Shown: piece after piece, positions 9,014-18,421 of the stretch
Layout of the letters: the number at the start of each line of letters is the position of its first letter
How positions within the stretch are numbered: the first letter of the stretch is position 1
DNA from: Candidatus Woesearchaeota archaeon
GTDB lineage: Archaea > Nanobdellota > Nanobdellia > Woesearchaeales > UBA10216
DNA: 60,408 nt
Assembly: GCA_016180085.1 (NCBI GenBank)
Contig: JACPBX010000009.1
Span: forward strand, 1 to 60,408
Reading direction: 5' to 3'
Program-made: the position numbers and the translations under genes
The notes under the pieces: model-generated
What the model was told of the DNA's origin: nothing
The model's database searches: none
The model's input: the letters and a program-made list of their open reading frames with translations, nothing else

Positions 9014-9600
9014 AAAGCGTGATAGCTGTGCCATTTGCAAGGAAACTTTCAGGGCGGACCAATTACAGGAAAAGGCTGACCCTTCTCAAGTCTGGCCTGC
9101 CAAGGCTTGTTGTGAGAAAAACTCTTACGAGGATTATTCTCCAGCTGGTTGATTTTGAGGCAACAGGCGACAAGGTGAGGCTGACCATAACGTCTGACAT
9201 GCTAGAAAAGCTTGGCTGGAAGCACAGCTGCAAAAACATTCCAGCGGCTTATCTCGCAGGGCTGCTTATCGGAAAAATGGCACTTTCCGCAAAGATAGTG
9301 CGTGCTGTTCCAGATACCGGCATGCAAAGCGTGACAAGGGGCGGGAAAATTTTTGCAGCCATAAAAGGCGCAAAGGATGCCGGGTTGGAGCTTGCAGTGG
9401 ATGACGGGATTGTGCCGAAAAGTGATGTGATTTCAGGTTCCCACATAGTGAATCACGCGAAGAATGCGAAGCACGGCCAGTTTTCAAAATCAGGGCCGGC
9501 AGCAGCCAGAATCACAGAAGATTTTGCCAAGCTTAAGGCCCAGATAGCAGGAGGCCAGTGGGTAAATGATAAATGGAGTGAGAAACGTGCCAGCGCCTGA
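9010..9600 (+). CDS. rpl18: 50S ribosomal protein uL18
   Basis: GRTNYRKRL.LLKSG.PRLVVRKT; NIPAAYLAG. Confidence 0.96.
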   Translation: MKSVIAVPFARKLSGRTNYRKRLTLLKSGLPRLVVRKTLTRIILQLVDFEATGDKVRLTITSDMLEKLGWKHSCKNIPAAYLAGLLIGKMALSAKIVRAVPDTGMQSVTRGGKIFAAIKGAKDAGLELAVDDGIVPKSDVISGSHIVNHAKNAKHGQFSKSGPAAARITEDFAKLKAQIAGGQWVNDKWSEKRASA

Positions 9601-10375
9601 TAAAATTCCGGAGAAAACTGTTGAGGTTTTGGAGGAGCGAAAGCTTGCTGCAAGGCAGGAGCAGAAGAGAACCGCCATTGACGCGTGGAAGCCAAAAACC
9701 GAGCTTGGCAGGAAGGTCAAGGGCAGCGAGATAACGGCCATTGACCAGATACTTGATTCCGGCCAGAGGATACTGGAAGCCGAGATTGTTGATGCGTTGC
9801 TCCCGGATCTCGGCAGCGATTTGCTGCTGATTGGCCAGTCAAAGGGAAAGTTTGGCGGTGGCCAGAGGAGGGCTTTCAAGCAGACGCAAAAGAAAACCGC
9901 GGAAGGCAACAAGCCGAGCTTCGGGACAATGGCGGTTGTTGGCAACAAGAATGGCTACGTCGGGATTGGTTACGGCAAGTCCAAGGAAACCGTCCTGTCA
10001 AGGGAGAAAGCGCTAAGGAATGCCAAGCTCAACATCATTAAGATAAGGCGAGGCTGCGGAAGCTGGCAATGCGGCTGCAAAACCCCGCACACCATACCAT
10101 TTAATGTCAGGGGCAAGTGCGGCTCTGTGACTATAGAGTTTATGCCGGCCCCAAAAGGCGCCGGGCTCAGGGCGGCTGAGGAGTGCAGGAAGATTTTGGC
10201 CCTGGCAGGCGTTAAGGACGTGTGGAGCAAGACGTTCGGGCAGACAAGAACAACAATTAACCTTGCATCGGCCTGCTTTGGGGCTTTGAAAAAGCTCGGA
10301 GAAAGGAAAGTGCAGGCCGGGAATATTGAAAGCCTTGGTATGACTGAAGGCATGACGGACAAGCGAGGCGAGTGA
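9566..10375 (+). CDS. rps5: 30S ribosomal protein uS5
   Basis: WKPKTELGRKV; VVGNKNGYVG; RRGCGSWQC.C; PAPKGAGL. Confidence 0.97.
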   Translation: MINGVRNVPAPDKIPEKTVEVLEERKLAARQEQKRTAIDAWKPKTELGRKVKGSEITAIDQILDSGQRILEAEIVDALLPDLGSDLLLIGQSKGKFGGGQRRAFKQTQKKTAEGNKPSFGTMAVVGNKNGYVGIGYGKSKETVLSREKALRNAKLNIIKIRRGCGSWQCGCKTPHTIPFNVRGKCGSVTIEFMPAPKGAGLRAAEECRKILALAGVKDVWSKTFGQTRTTINLASACFGALKKLGERKVQAGNIESLGMTEGMTDKRGE

Positions 10376-10376
10376 T

Positions 10377-10754
10377 GTGACTGTGGAAAGCGGGAAGCAA
10401 TTTGCTGTAATACGGCTCAGGGGAAGGACGGGTATAAGGGCAGATGTTGAAGCCACACTCGCCCACCTCAACCTGCCACGCATCAATAATTGCGTGATAG
10501 TTGCTGAAAGCCCTGTTATCCTTGGCATGCTCAGGAAGGCAAAGGACCACATCACGTGGGGTCAGGTTGACGCAGAAACTCTGGGGCTGCTGGTGGAAAA
10601 GCGCGGCAATGCGAAGGCGCATAAGCAGGTTTTCAGGCTCAGCCCTCCGAAGGGCGGCTTGGGAAGGAGAGGTATTAAGGCAGCCTTTGCAAAATCCGGA
10701 GCCTTGGGAAACAGGGGAGAAAAGATAAACGACCTTATCAGGAAAATGATTTGA
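10377..10754 (+). CDS. rpl30: 50S ribosomal protein uL30 (archaeal, shortened)
   Basis: AVIRLRG; GMLRKAKDHITWG; FRLSPPKGG; GNRGEKINDLIRKMI. Confidence 0.95.
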   Translation: MTVESGKQFAVIRLRGRTGIRADVEATLAHLNLPRINNCVIVAESPVILGMLRKAKDHITWGQVDAETLGLLVEKRGNAKAHKQVFRLSPPKGGLGRRGIKAAFAKSGALGNRGEKINDLIRKMI

Positions 10755-10779
10755 ATATGTGTGCTTTTGGTGATAAGCC

Positions 10780-11280
10780 ATGCCAGTAAACAAAAGGAAG
10801 AAGGATACAAAGCAGCGCGGCAGCCATACGCATGGCTGGGGAAGCAAGAAGAAGCACAGGGGTTCAGGCAACCGAGGCGGGAAGGGCATGGCTGGAACAG
10901 GCAAAAGGTCAGACGCCATAAAGCCGTCGATCTGGCAGGAGGAATATTTTGGCAAGCACGGCTTTGTCCGCAAAGGAAACCAGAAGAGCCCTGTCCCGGT
11001 TAACGTTGAGTACCTTGATGAAAACGTTGGGAAGCTTGTCGCGCAAAACGTTGCGAAGAAGGATAAGGACACTTACGTGGTTAACTTGGCCGATTTGGGC
11101 TTTGATAAGCTCCTTGGCAAGGGAAAGGTTGCAAAAAAGTTGATAATAACTGCTGATTATGCATCAGCAAAGGCTGTTGAAGCTGTGAAAGCTGCCGGCG
11201 GGCAGGTTACAGTAAGCGAAAGCAAGAAAGGCGTCGGTGCGAATAAAGGGCAAGCCGGACAAGCGGCTGCTAAAGAATAA
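10780..11280 (+). CDS. rpl15: 50S ribosomal protein uL15
   Basis: RGSHTHGWG..KKHRGSGNRGGKGMAG; FGKHGF; KLLGKG. Confidence 0.97.
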   Translation: MPVNKRKKDTKQRGSHTHGWGSKKKHRGSGNRGGKGMAGTGKRSDAIKPSIWQEEYFGKHGFVRKGNQKSPVPVNVEYLDENVGKLVAQNVAKKDKDTYVVNLADLGFDKLLGKGKVAKKLIITADYASAKAVEAVKAAGGQVTVSESKKGVGANKGQAGQAAAKE

Positions 11281-11312
11281 GTTTATATGATTGATTTTAC
11301 CGGGGTTTGGAG

Positions 11313-12695
11313 ATGAGCTTTAAGGACATCCTGCTTAACCTGCCTGAAGTGGTAGCGCCTGCCGAGCGCAGGCTGCCATTCAAGGAGAAGCTCAAGTGGA
11401 CTGGCATAATCCTGCTGCTTTTTTTCGCGCTTGGCCTGATTCCGCTTCACGGCCTTGGGGAGAATTCCCTGGCGCAGTTCCAGTTCCTTTCCATAATACT
11501 TGGGGCGGAGTTTGGCTCAATAATTTCGCTTGGCATAGGCCCGATAGTTACGGCCTCTATCCTGCTGCAGCTTCTCAATGGCTCCGGTGTTTTCAAGTTT
11601 GATCTCACAACCCCTGATGGCAAAAGGCTTTTCCAGGGTGTCCAGAAAGGCCTGGTTTTTGTGTTCATTATTTTTGAGGCTGCAGTTTACGTTTATACAG
11701 GCGGATTGGCGCCTGATGCGAGTGGCAGCCACCTGTCTCTTGTGCTGCAGCTTATCATAGGCGGGCTGCTCATACTTTTCATGGACGAGGTGGTAAGCAA
11801 GTGGGGTTTTGGCTCTGGTGTAAGCCTGTTCATTGCCGCTGGCGTTTCGAAGGAAATCATTATAAGGCTGCTCAGCCCGTTAAGCTCTTCTGGAGGGCTG
11901 GCATTTACTTCAGGTGAAGCGCCTGTCGGCGCTCTGCTTGCAATGTTCTATTTTTTCGTCCAGGGTGATTTTGGCGAGGTTTTTGCAAACCTGCTTGTCA
12001 TAGGCACCACGCTTCTGGTTTTCATAATAGCAGTTTATGCCCAGTCAATGAAGGTTGAGCTTCCGCTCTCGTTTGGCAGGATAAGGGGCCACGGAATACG
12101 CTGGCCGCTGGCTTTCATCTACACGAGCAACATACCGGTCATACTCACTGCTGCACTGATGGCAAACGTGCAGCTTTGGGCGAGGCTTATGCAAAGCAAG
12201 GGCTTTACCTTTCTGGGCACATACGACCCTAGCGGCGGGTCAACAGGCTTTGTTTCGCTGATAAGCCCGGTCAACATCGTCAATAACCTGGCAACAGGGA
12301 ACCTTGTTATTATGGAAATAATCCCGCGTGCCCTGTTTTTCACGCTTGTGATGATAGCCGGGTCCATTCTTTTCTCACTGTTCTGGGTGAAAACAGCAGG
12401 CATGGACGCCAGAAGCCAGGCAAAGCAGATAATGTCCTCCGGCTTGCAAATTCCCGGCTTCAGGAGGGATGAGAGGGTTGTGGAGAGCTTGCTGGACAGG
12501 TACATACCGGCCCTGACAGTAATGGGGGCTATAACTGTCGGCTTTCTCGCAGCCTTCGCAGACGTGATGGGCGCCCTGACTTCAGGAACCGGCCTGCTCC
12601 TGACAGTCATGATTGTCTACAAGCTTTATGAGGAGATTGCCCAGCAGCACGCAGTGGACATGAACCCGATGCTCAGGAAATTTATCAGGCAATAA
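11313..12695 (+). CDS. secY: Preprotein translocase subunit SecY
   Basis: About 10 TM segments; LGIGPIVTASILLQLL; YTSNIPVIL; GLQIPGFRRD; GTGLLLTV. Confidence 0.98.
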   Translation: MSFKDILLNLPEVVAPAERRLPFKEKLKWTGIILLLFFALGLIPLHGLGENSLAQFQFLSIILGAEFGSIISLGIGPIVTASILLQLLNGSGVFKFDLTTPDGKRLFQGVQKGLVFVFIIFEAAVYVYTGGLAPDASGSHLSLVLQLIIGGLLILFMDEVVSKWGFGSGVSLFIAAGVSKEIIIRLLSPLSSSGGLAFTSGEAPVGALLAMFYFFVQGDFGEVFANLLVIGTTLLVFIIAVYAQSMKVELPLSFGRIRGHGIRWPLAFIYTSNIPVILTAALMANVQLWARLMQSKGFTFLGTYDPSGGSTGFVSLISPVNIVNNLATGNLVIMEIIPRALFFTLVMIAGSILFSLFWVKTAGMDARSQAKQIMSSGLQIPGFRRDERVVESLLDRYIPALTVMGAITVGFLAAFADVMGALTSGTGLLLTVMIVYKLYEEIAQQHAVDMNPMLRKFIRQ

Positions 12696-12715
12696 GCGAA
12701 CGTGTGGTGTAAAAA

Positions 12716-13477
12716 ATGGGATGGCTTGACTTTTTGAATATCGTGCTGAACCTGCCGCCTTTGGCCGCAATATTTGTCATTTCAGTCCTTGTTTCTGCAA
12801 TTACGACCGTAGTTTACAAGTACACGACAAACCAGAAGATGCTTAAGGAGATAAAGGACGAAGTCAAAGGCATGCAGGCTGAGATTCGCACAACGAAGGA
12901 GCCTGGAAGGGCGGCGCAGCTGCAGAAGGATATGATGAAGAGGTCCATGCAGCAGATGAATTCCTCGTGGAAGTCCATGCTGGTAACAATCGTGCCGCTT
13001 TTTCTGCTTTTTGGCTGGATGCAGACGCATCTGGCATACAACCCAATCAATCAAGGAGAAGAATTCACCGCAACAGCTTATTTTGCCCAGGGAACAGAAG
13101 GCAACATCACAATTACAGCAACAGAAGGGCTGAACATACTTACAGAACCTGTTCAGGAAATAAAAGGCGGCGAGGCAACCTGGAGCCTGAAGGGGGAGAA
13201 GGAAGGCACTTACGGGCTAAGCTACCGTTTCGGGGATGAGCTTTACACGCAGAACGTTATTGTGACGGGCGAGTTCAGGTATGAAAATCCTGTTCTTGCA
13301 AAGTCAAAGGGCATAAAGAAGGATAGCAAGGTTGAAAGGGTTGTCATCGGCCTGAAGCCGATGCAGCCATTTGGAGACGTCGCATTGCTTGGGTGGAAGC
13401 CCGGCTGGCTTGCCACTTACATTATATTTTCAATCGCGGCATCGATGCTTCTTAGAAAGTGGCTTAAGGTCTATTAA
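12716..13477 (+). CDS. DUF106/EMC3-TMCO1 (Oxa1 superfamily) membrane insertase with inserted soluble domain
   Basis: TM1, then a coiled coil (MLKEIKDEVKGMQ...MMKRSMQQM), TM2, and C-terminal WLATYIIFSI; follows secY as is usual for archaeal DUF106. Confidence 0.85.
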   Translation: MGWLDFLNIVLNLPPLAAIFVISVLVSAITTVVYKYTTNQKMLKEIKDEVKGMQAEIRTTKEPGRAAQLQKDMMKRSMQQMNSSWKSMLVTIVPLFLLFGWMQTHLAYNPINQGEEFTATAYFAQGTEGNITITATEGLNILTEPVQEIKGGEATWSLKGEKEGTYGLSYRFGDELYTQNVIVTGEFRYENPVLAKSKGIKKDSKVERVVIGLKPMQPFGDVALLGWKPGWLATYIIFSIAASMLLRKWLKVY

Positions 13478-13488
13478 CCTTTAACCTG

Positions 13489-15138
13489 CTAGGAGAGCAG
13501 GCTTAGGTCCAGCTCAAGCGCAGCTGCCGGCATCTCAATTCCAAACCTGCTCAGGACTGCCGGGCTGATTTCCCCGATAATGCCAAGAATTTTCTTATCA
13601 ACTATAATGCTGCCAGCTCTCCCTCTTATAAAGGCTGCGTGCTCTGCCGGCCTGATTGCGAACTGGGTTCCTAATGAGGCGAAAATCGCCGAGAGGTGCT
13701 GCTTCTGCTCTGTGAAGTCTGCCTTTGAATGGGCAGAAACAAGTGCGAGCGAGTGCCACTCCCTTACCTTGCTGCCATCGCGCGCTGCGACAATTCCTTC
13801 TTCAAACACCTTCTGCGGGTAGTCTGCGTGCTTGTTTCTTGAAAGGACGTCAAGCAGCCCTGGCAGAAGTGAGCTCCTTACTGCAGAATATGTTTCTGAC
13901 ATGGGATTTTCCAGCTCAACAACGCATTTTTCTTTCCCGGCATCAGCTGCTGCAGCGGCTAATGATTTCTTGTCTGTAAGTATGTGGCTGAATATCTCCT
14001 GAAAACCTGCCCCGGCGACTACCTTGCGCAGCGAATTTATTAGTGCTGCTGATTTGTCTTTGGCGCCGATTGTGTAGCTCCTTAGCGGTTCTTCCCGTAT
14101 TTTGCCGAAGCCGTAAGCTATTGCCACATCCTCTATTACATCAGCTGGGTGCATTATGTCCGCCCTATACCTTGGCACAACAGCATAGCCGCCCTCAACA
14201 TCATACCCTGCCCTTTGCAGCAGCTGGTTTATTTCCGCATCTTTCAGCTTCAGGCCTGTGAGCTGCTCAACCTCCTGCGGGCTTACCCTTGCCTTCTCAG
14301 TTTTTACCTCTGGTGCTGTCACGGTTCTGGTGCTGTACTTCACAGCCACGGCATGAATCTGAAATCCCCTTTCAGACATGTTCTGCGCGAATATGTTTGC
14401 AGCCAGGTTTGTGGATTCCTCATCAGTTCCTGTGGCTTCAAACAGGAGCTCGCTGTCTCCCACCTCCAGCCTGCCTGTGAAGTTTGAGTTTATTATTGGA
14501 GGAAGGCTAAGAACCTCGCCTTTGTCGTCCAGCAGCAGGGGGTATTTTGGAAAATTTTGGATTATCCATCCATACTGCCTGCCTTTTGGGTGCTGCTGGA
14601 GGATTTCCCTCAGGTTCAGCTTCCTGTCAAACTCGAGGGGGGCAAACCTCACCGACTCAGGCACTACGGCTTTGTAATGCACAGGGAATGCTATCCTTTT
14701 GTAGGAATAAAGCCCTATCGATACCTTCTGCCTTCGCCTTCCGTATCCCTCGCAAAACTTTTCCTGCATCTGCACAAGCTGCTTCAGCAGGTAGTCGTCC
14801 AGTTTTCTGCCTTTGGCGACAAAGGCTGTAATGAACGGCCTTGCTTTTTTTACCGAGTCATCGACGATTATTTTGTAGCTGCTGCCGTTCACTTTAAGCC
14901 TGGCAGCCCCTTTTCGCATGCCTGATACCCCCTTCAGGAATCTTGCAAGGCCCTCGGGGCACCACACATACGGCAGGTTTGTGTCATCAAGTTTTACGCT
15001 TATTTCACCAGACTTCTTGTCGTAGTTTTCTACTTCGGCTTTTGCGTATAAAACGAGAAGGTCCTCAAGCTCTGCCATGGTGAGCTTTTTTCCCAGCAGC
15101 TGCTGGAAATCCTTAAATGCGAATGTTATTGTTGGCAT
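13489..15138 (-). CDS. pheT: Phenylalanyl-tRNA synthetase beta subunit
   Basis: MPTITF; QEKF...YGRRR.KVSIG; SLPPIINS; R.DIMHPADVIEDVAIAYG; ENPMSE. Confidence 0.97.
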   Translation of the reverse strand: MPTITFAFKDFQQLLGKKLTMAELEDLLVLYAKAEVENYDKKSGEISVKLDDTNLPYVWCPEGLARFLKGVSGMRKGAARLKVNGSSYKIIVDDSVKKARPFITAFVAKGRKLDDYLLKQLVQMQEKFCEGYGRRRQKVSIGLYSYKRIAFPVHYKAVVPESVRFAPLEFDRKLNLREILQQHPKGRQYGWIIQNFPKYPLLLDDKGEVLSLPPIINSNFTGRLEVGDSELLFEATGTDEESTNLAANIFAQNMSERGFQIHAVAVKYSTRTVTAPEVKTEKARVSPQEVEQLTGLKLKDAEINQLLQRAGYDVEGGYAVVPRYRADIMHPADVIEDVAIAYGFGKIREEPLRSYTIGAKDKSAALINSLRKVVAGAGFQEIFSHILTDKKSLAAAAADAGKEKCVVELENPMSETYSAVRSSLLPGLLDVLSRNKHADYPQKVFEEGIVAARDGSKVREWHSLALVSAHSKADFTEQKQHLSAIFASLGTQFAIRPAEHAAFIRGRAGSIIVDKKILGIIGEISPAVLSRFGIEMPAAALELDLSLLS

Positions 15139-15143
15139 TTTTC

Positions 15144-16691
15144 CTAAACCACCTTTGCGCTTCTCAAAAACCCGAGGTCGTGGCTGAACAGCTCCCTGAT
15201 GTCATCCAGGCCAAGCCTGAACATCGCTATCCTGTCTATGCCTATGCCCCATGCGATTACAGGGACTTGCCTTCCAACAAGGGGCTTTACCATTTCAGGC
15301 CTGAATATGCCTGCTCCCCCAAGCTCCACCCATCCCAGGCTTGGGTGCTTTGCGTAAAGAGCTGCAGATGGCTCAGTGAACGGAAAGTACGAAGGCACTA
15401 CCTTTACCTCTTCTGTATTGCAGAATTCTTTTGCAAAAAGCTTTAACAGACCGATAAGGTGCCTCAGGTTTATGCCTTCCTCGACAACTATCCCCTCAAC
15501 CTGGTTGAAGTCTGCCAGGTGCTTTGCATCAATGACATCGTATCTGAAGCACCTTCCAATGGCAAAGTACTTTCCCGGGATTTTCAAGTCTGGCGCTGCA
15601 AGTTTTCTGGCGCTGCACGCTGTTGTCTGCGAACGCATTATTAGCCTGGATGTTTTCTCATCGCTGAACTCATACCTCCATCCCTTGCCTCCGGTGCCAA
15701 AGCCGTTCTCGTGGGCTGCTTTTACCCTTTTGACCAGCTGCTGCGGCAAATCAGCGGCATATTTTGGTTCTTTAACATAGTAAACATCGTGTATGTCCCT
15801 TGCAGAGTGGAACTGCGGCATGAACAGAGCATCCATGTTCCAGAACTCGCTTTCCACGATTGGCCCGGTCATCTCCTCAAAGCCAAGCGCGGCAAACTTC
15901 TCCCTGACCTCTTCCAGAAATTCCCTGTAGGGCTGCAGCCTTCCGAAAAACACCCTTGGCGCTGGAGGCGCCAGGTCGTAGCTTCTGAACTGTGCTGTTT
16001 TCCATTTGCCCGTGGCAAGCATTTCTGGCGTGAGCCTGTCAACTGTTTCTCTGCTTGTTGAGGCTTTTTTCAAAACCCCCCTGCCTGCCTCTGTCAGGAC
16101 TGCTGTCCTGTTCTTGATTATATTTTCAGCCAGGACCTCTTTCCGCATTTTCAGCTCTGCAGCGATTTTTCTCTCTTCCTCAGAGAGCTCTTTGGCTTTT
16201 GCGGGAAATTTTTTCACGGATAGGAACTTTTGGGTTTTCAGGCCTGTTCGCACGAATTCCTTGCCGGCTTCTGAAAGCTTGAAGGACTTTTCGCCAGAAG
16301 AGGCTGCAGGCTCAATTGCCTTTAGCCTCATCAGAACCCCGATGCTTGCCCCAATCTCATCATCGCTCAGGCCCGCAGCTTTTTTTATTTCGGAAAGCGG
16401 CAGCGGCTTGCTCGAGAGCGCATTTAGGAACCTCGTTTCCGGCAGCAGCGACTTTGCGTACAGCTTTCCGTTCTCGCCAAGTGCTATTATTTCCTCAATC
16501 GTTTCGGAAACCTTTGCCAGCCCCTTGTTCTGCAGCCAGTTAAGTGCCCTGAGCACTTCAACTTCCTGCATTCCTAAAGATGTAATTATTTCTGCAACAG
16601 AACTGTGCTTTTCAAGGTGAGGCAGCACTGCCCTTTCAAGGCGGTGCAGCGATGCGGCTATGTCTGATGCTCTCTTCTCGTCCGCTGCCAT
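15144..16691 (-). CDS. pheS: Phenylalanyl-tRNA synthetase alpha subunit (archaeal type, N-terminal wHTH domains)
   Basis: FWNMDALFMPQFHSARD; FRYDVIDAKHL..FNQVEG; YFPFTEPS; ELGGAGIFRPE. Confidence 0.98.
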   Translation of the reverse strand: MAADEKRASDIAASLHRLERAVLPHLEKHSSVAEIITSLGMQEVEVLRALNWLQNKGLAKVSETIEEIIALGENGKLYAKSLLPETRFLNALSSKPLPLSEIKKAAGLSDDEIGASIGVLMRLKAIEPAASSGEKSFKLSEAGKEFVRTGLKTQKFLSVKKFPAKAKELSEEERKIAAELKMRKEVLAENIIKNRTAVLTEAGRGVLKKASTSRETVDRLTPEMLATGKWKTAQFRSYDLAPPAPRVFFGRLQPYREFLEEVREKFAALGFEEMTGPIVESEFWNMDALFMPQFHSARDIHDVYYVKEPKYAADLPQQLVKRVKAAHENGFGTGGKGWRYEFSDEKTSRLIMRSQTTACSARKLAAPDLKIPGKYFAIGRCFRYDVIDAKHLADFNQVEGIVVEEGINLRHLIGLLKLFAKEFCNTEEVKVVPSYFPFTEPSAALYAKHPSLGWVELGGAGIFRPEMVKPLVGRQVPVIAWGIGIDRIAMFRLGLDDIRELFSHDLGFLRSAKVV

Positions 16692-16733
16692 GCTATTTCA
16701 TCACTGCCTGTGCTTATTTAAAGGTTTTTGCGT

Positions 16734-17390
16734 TCATACTTGCCCAAGGCGCTCGTAGAACCACTTGTTCATGTCATTGACAGCCCTGCCCAGGTAGTTG
16801 TCATCAACGAGCTTCTCAAGCGGCGTCTGCTGCCAAACGGCTCTTTCCTCTCCTTTGGTTACTGGCACGGATGGCAGGCTTCCTACTGGTTCCCACACTG
16901 CTCTGCCGTAGCGCCAGAGTATTCCCAATCTATGTGACAGAATCTCTTCTTCTGAGCAGCCAGGATAGTCCAGCATGTTAAACTCTCTGCCGCCTATAAA
17001 GATTTTCCAGCCGAGGCAGTCCTTAACTTCCTGCAGCTTCAGCAGGTGCACTGTGCCGTCTGGTTCCCATTTTAGCGCAGGCTGGCTTGGGCTGATGCTA
17101 GCCACAGCTACTGGCTGTTGGCCAATGTTATAGTTCTCAAGCCTGCCCGGCCCTGTCGCCGCTATTTTTATAAGGTGGATGCTGTCCGGGTAAACCACAC
17201 CAACCCTCATGCTTGGCTTCAGAGCATCTGCCGGCAGTGTTCGTCTTTCTCTCATATCCTGGTATAGCTCTCGCAAGTTAGTGTTCATTTCAATCATCCT
17301 CACATTAGCTGAATCAATCTCCCTCTTGTAAAGGGCGCATTTCAGAAATCTGCTCTTCACTCTTGAATCCAAACAGGCTTTTCGGGCCAA
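16734..17390 (-). CDS. Hypothetical protein (start uncertain; internal ATGs available)
   Basis: Only long ORF in the pheS-trmB gap; co-oriented with neighbours; no recognisable motif. Confidence 0.6.
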   Translation of the reverse strand: MARKACLDSRVKSRFLKCALYKREIDSANVRMIEMNTNLRELYQDMRERRTLPADALKPSMRVGVVYPDSIHLIKIAATGPGRLENYNIGQQPVAVASISPSQPALKWEPDGTVHLLKLQEVKDCLGWKIFIGGREFNMLDYPGCSEEEILSHRLGILWRYGRAVWEPVGSLPSVPVTKGEERAVWQQTPLEKLVDDNYLGRAVNDMNKWFYERLGQV

Positions 17391-17536
17391 AGGAAGCGAA
17401 GCTTGAAGCAGAGAATTGTCTACGCAAAAGAAAAAGCAAAGGCAAACATTGATGTTGCTGTCATGGAAAGGGGGAAAAGAACTTGGTATTTAACCCTTAT
17501 GCATATATCATATAAAAAGTTAAGAAAAAATAAGGA

Positions 17537-18358
17537 TCAGGCCCTTCTCGCCACTTCGACAGCCGGCTTCATGCTTTTCCACGCTGCTTCAAAAAGGATT
17601 TCAAGGGCTGACGCGAAGAATGGCGTGTTTACCCAGATGCCCACGTCGTATGTTGGATGCACTTCTTTGTCGTCCATGACCATGAACATCATTTCCTTGC
17701 CATCAACTATGCAGAATCTGCCCTTTGCGTCAGTGTTCCTTACTTCCGCAACATCAGATATCATCTCAAGGGCCTGCTTGTTCTCCTTTGTAATCGGGGC
17801 AGCTATCCTTATCTTCACGCCCCTTTTCTTGACTTTTTCCATTGTTGGCTTTAGCCCCTCAATCTTTCTGAGGAATCCCTGGGAAGTCGTCATCAGCGTA
17901 ACTGTTTTCTCTGCGTTTTTAATCATGAGGTCAAGGTGGTTGTAGAGGTTGTGCCTTCCCTTAAGGCTGCCTGAAAGGTCTGATGGCTCAACAAGCTCGA
18001 TGCCCTGCTGGTGCAGCATTTTGAGCTCATCAACAATTTCTGTGTTCCTTACCTCGTCAAGCCGCTTTATTTTCTTTTCCGACTCTTCCTTCATGTGCTT
18101 TTTAACCCTTTCAACAACCTCTGTCGGCTGCACTGCAAGGTATTTTATTGGCTTCCCGAACTTCATTATGACAAAGCCTTTCTTCTCAAGGCTTTCGAGA
18201 ACATCATAACTCCTGCTTCTGGGAACGTTGGCTATATCCGACAATTCGCCGGCAGTTGCAACCCCTCTTGACAGGAGTGCGGTCCAGATCTTGACTTCGT
18301 AAAGGTTAAGCGAGAAATAAGTGCGCAGCTTACTGAGGAACTCTTCTTTGACAATCAT
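17537..18358 (-). CDS. TrmB-family (TrmBL2-like) regulator: wHTH + coiled coil + PLD-like domain, copy 1
   Basis: LNLYEVKIWTALL.RG.ATAGELSD...VPRSRSYDVLESLEKKGF; FCIVDGKE; SD GGAGG before ATG 18358. Confidence 0.92.
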   Translation of the reverse strand: MIVKEEFLSKLRTYFSLNLYEVKIWTALLSRGVATAGELSDIANVPRSRSYDVLESLEKKGFVIMKFGKPIKYLAVQPTEVVERVKKHMKEESEKKIKRLDEVRNTEIVDELKMLHQQGIELVEPSDLSGSLKGRHNLYNHLDLMIKNAEKTVTLMTTSQGFLRKIEGLKPTMEKVKKRGVKIRIAAPITKENKQALEMISDVAEVRNTDAKGRFCIVDGKEMMFMVMDDKEVHPTYDVGIWVNTPFFASALEILFEAAWKSMKPAVEVARRA

Positions 18359-18421
18359 TTGAACGCCTCCAACAATTAACCGGGGGTGAATTGGCAACAC
18401 TACTATTAATATGTTACGCTT

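Noticed and set aside
17403-17945. 180-aa plus-strand ORF
   Set aside because: Mostly antisense to trmB copy 1; no independent features
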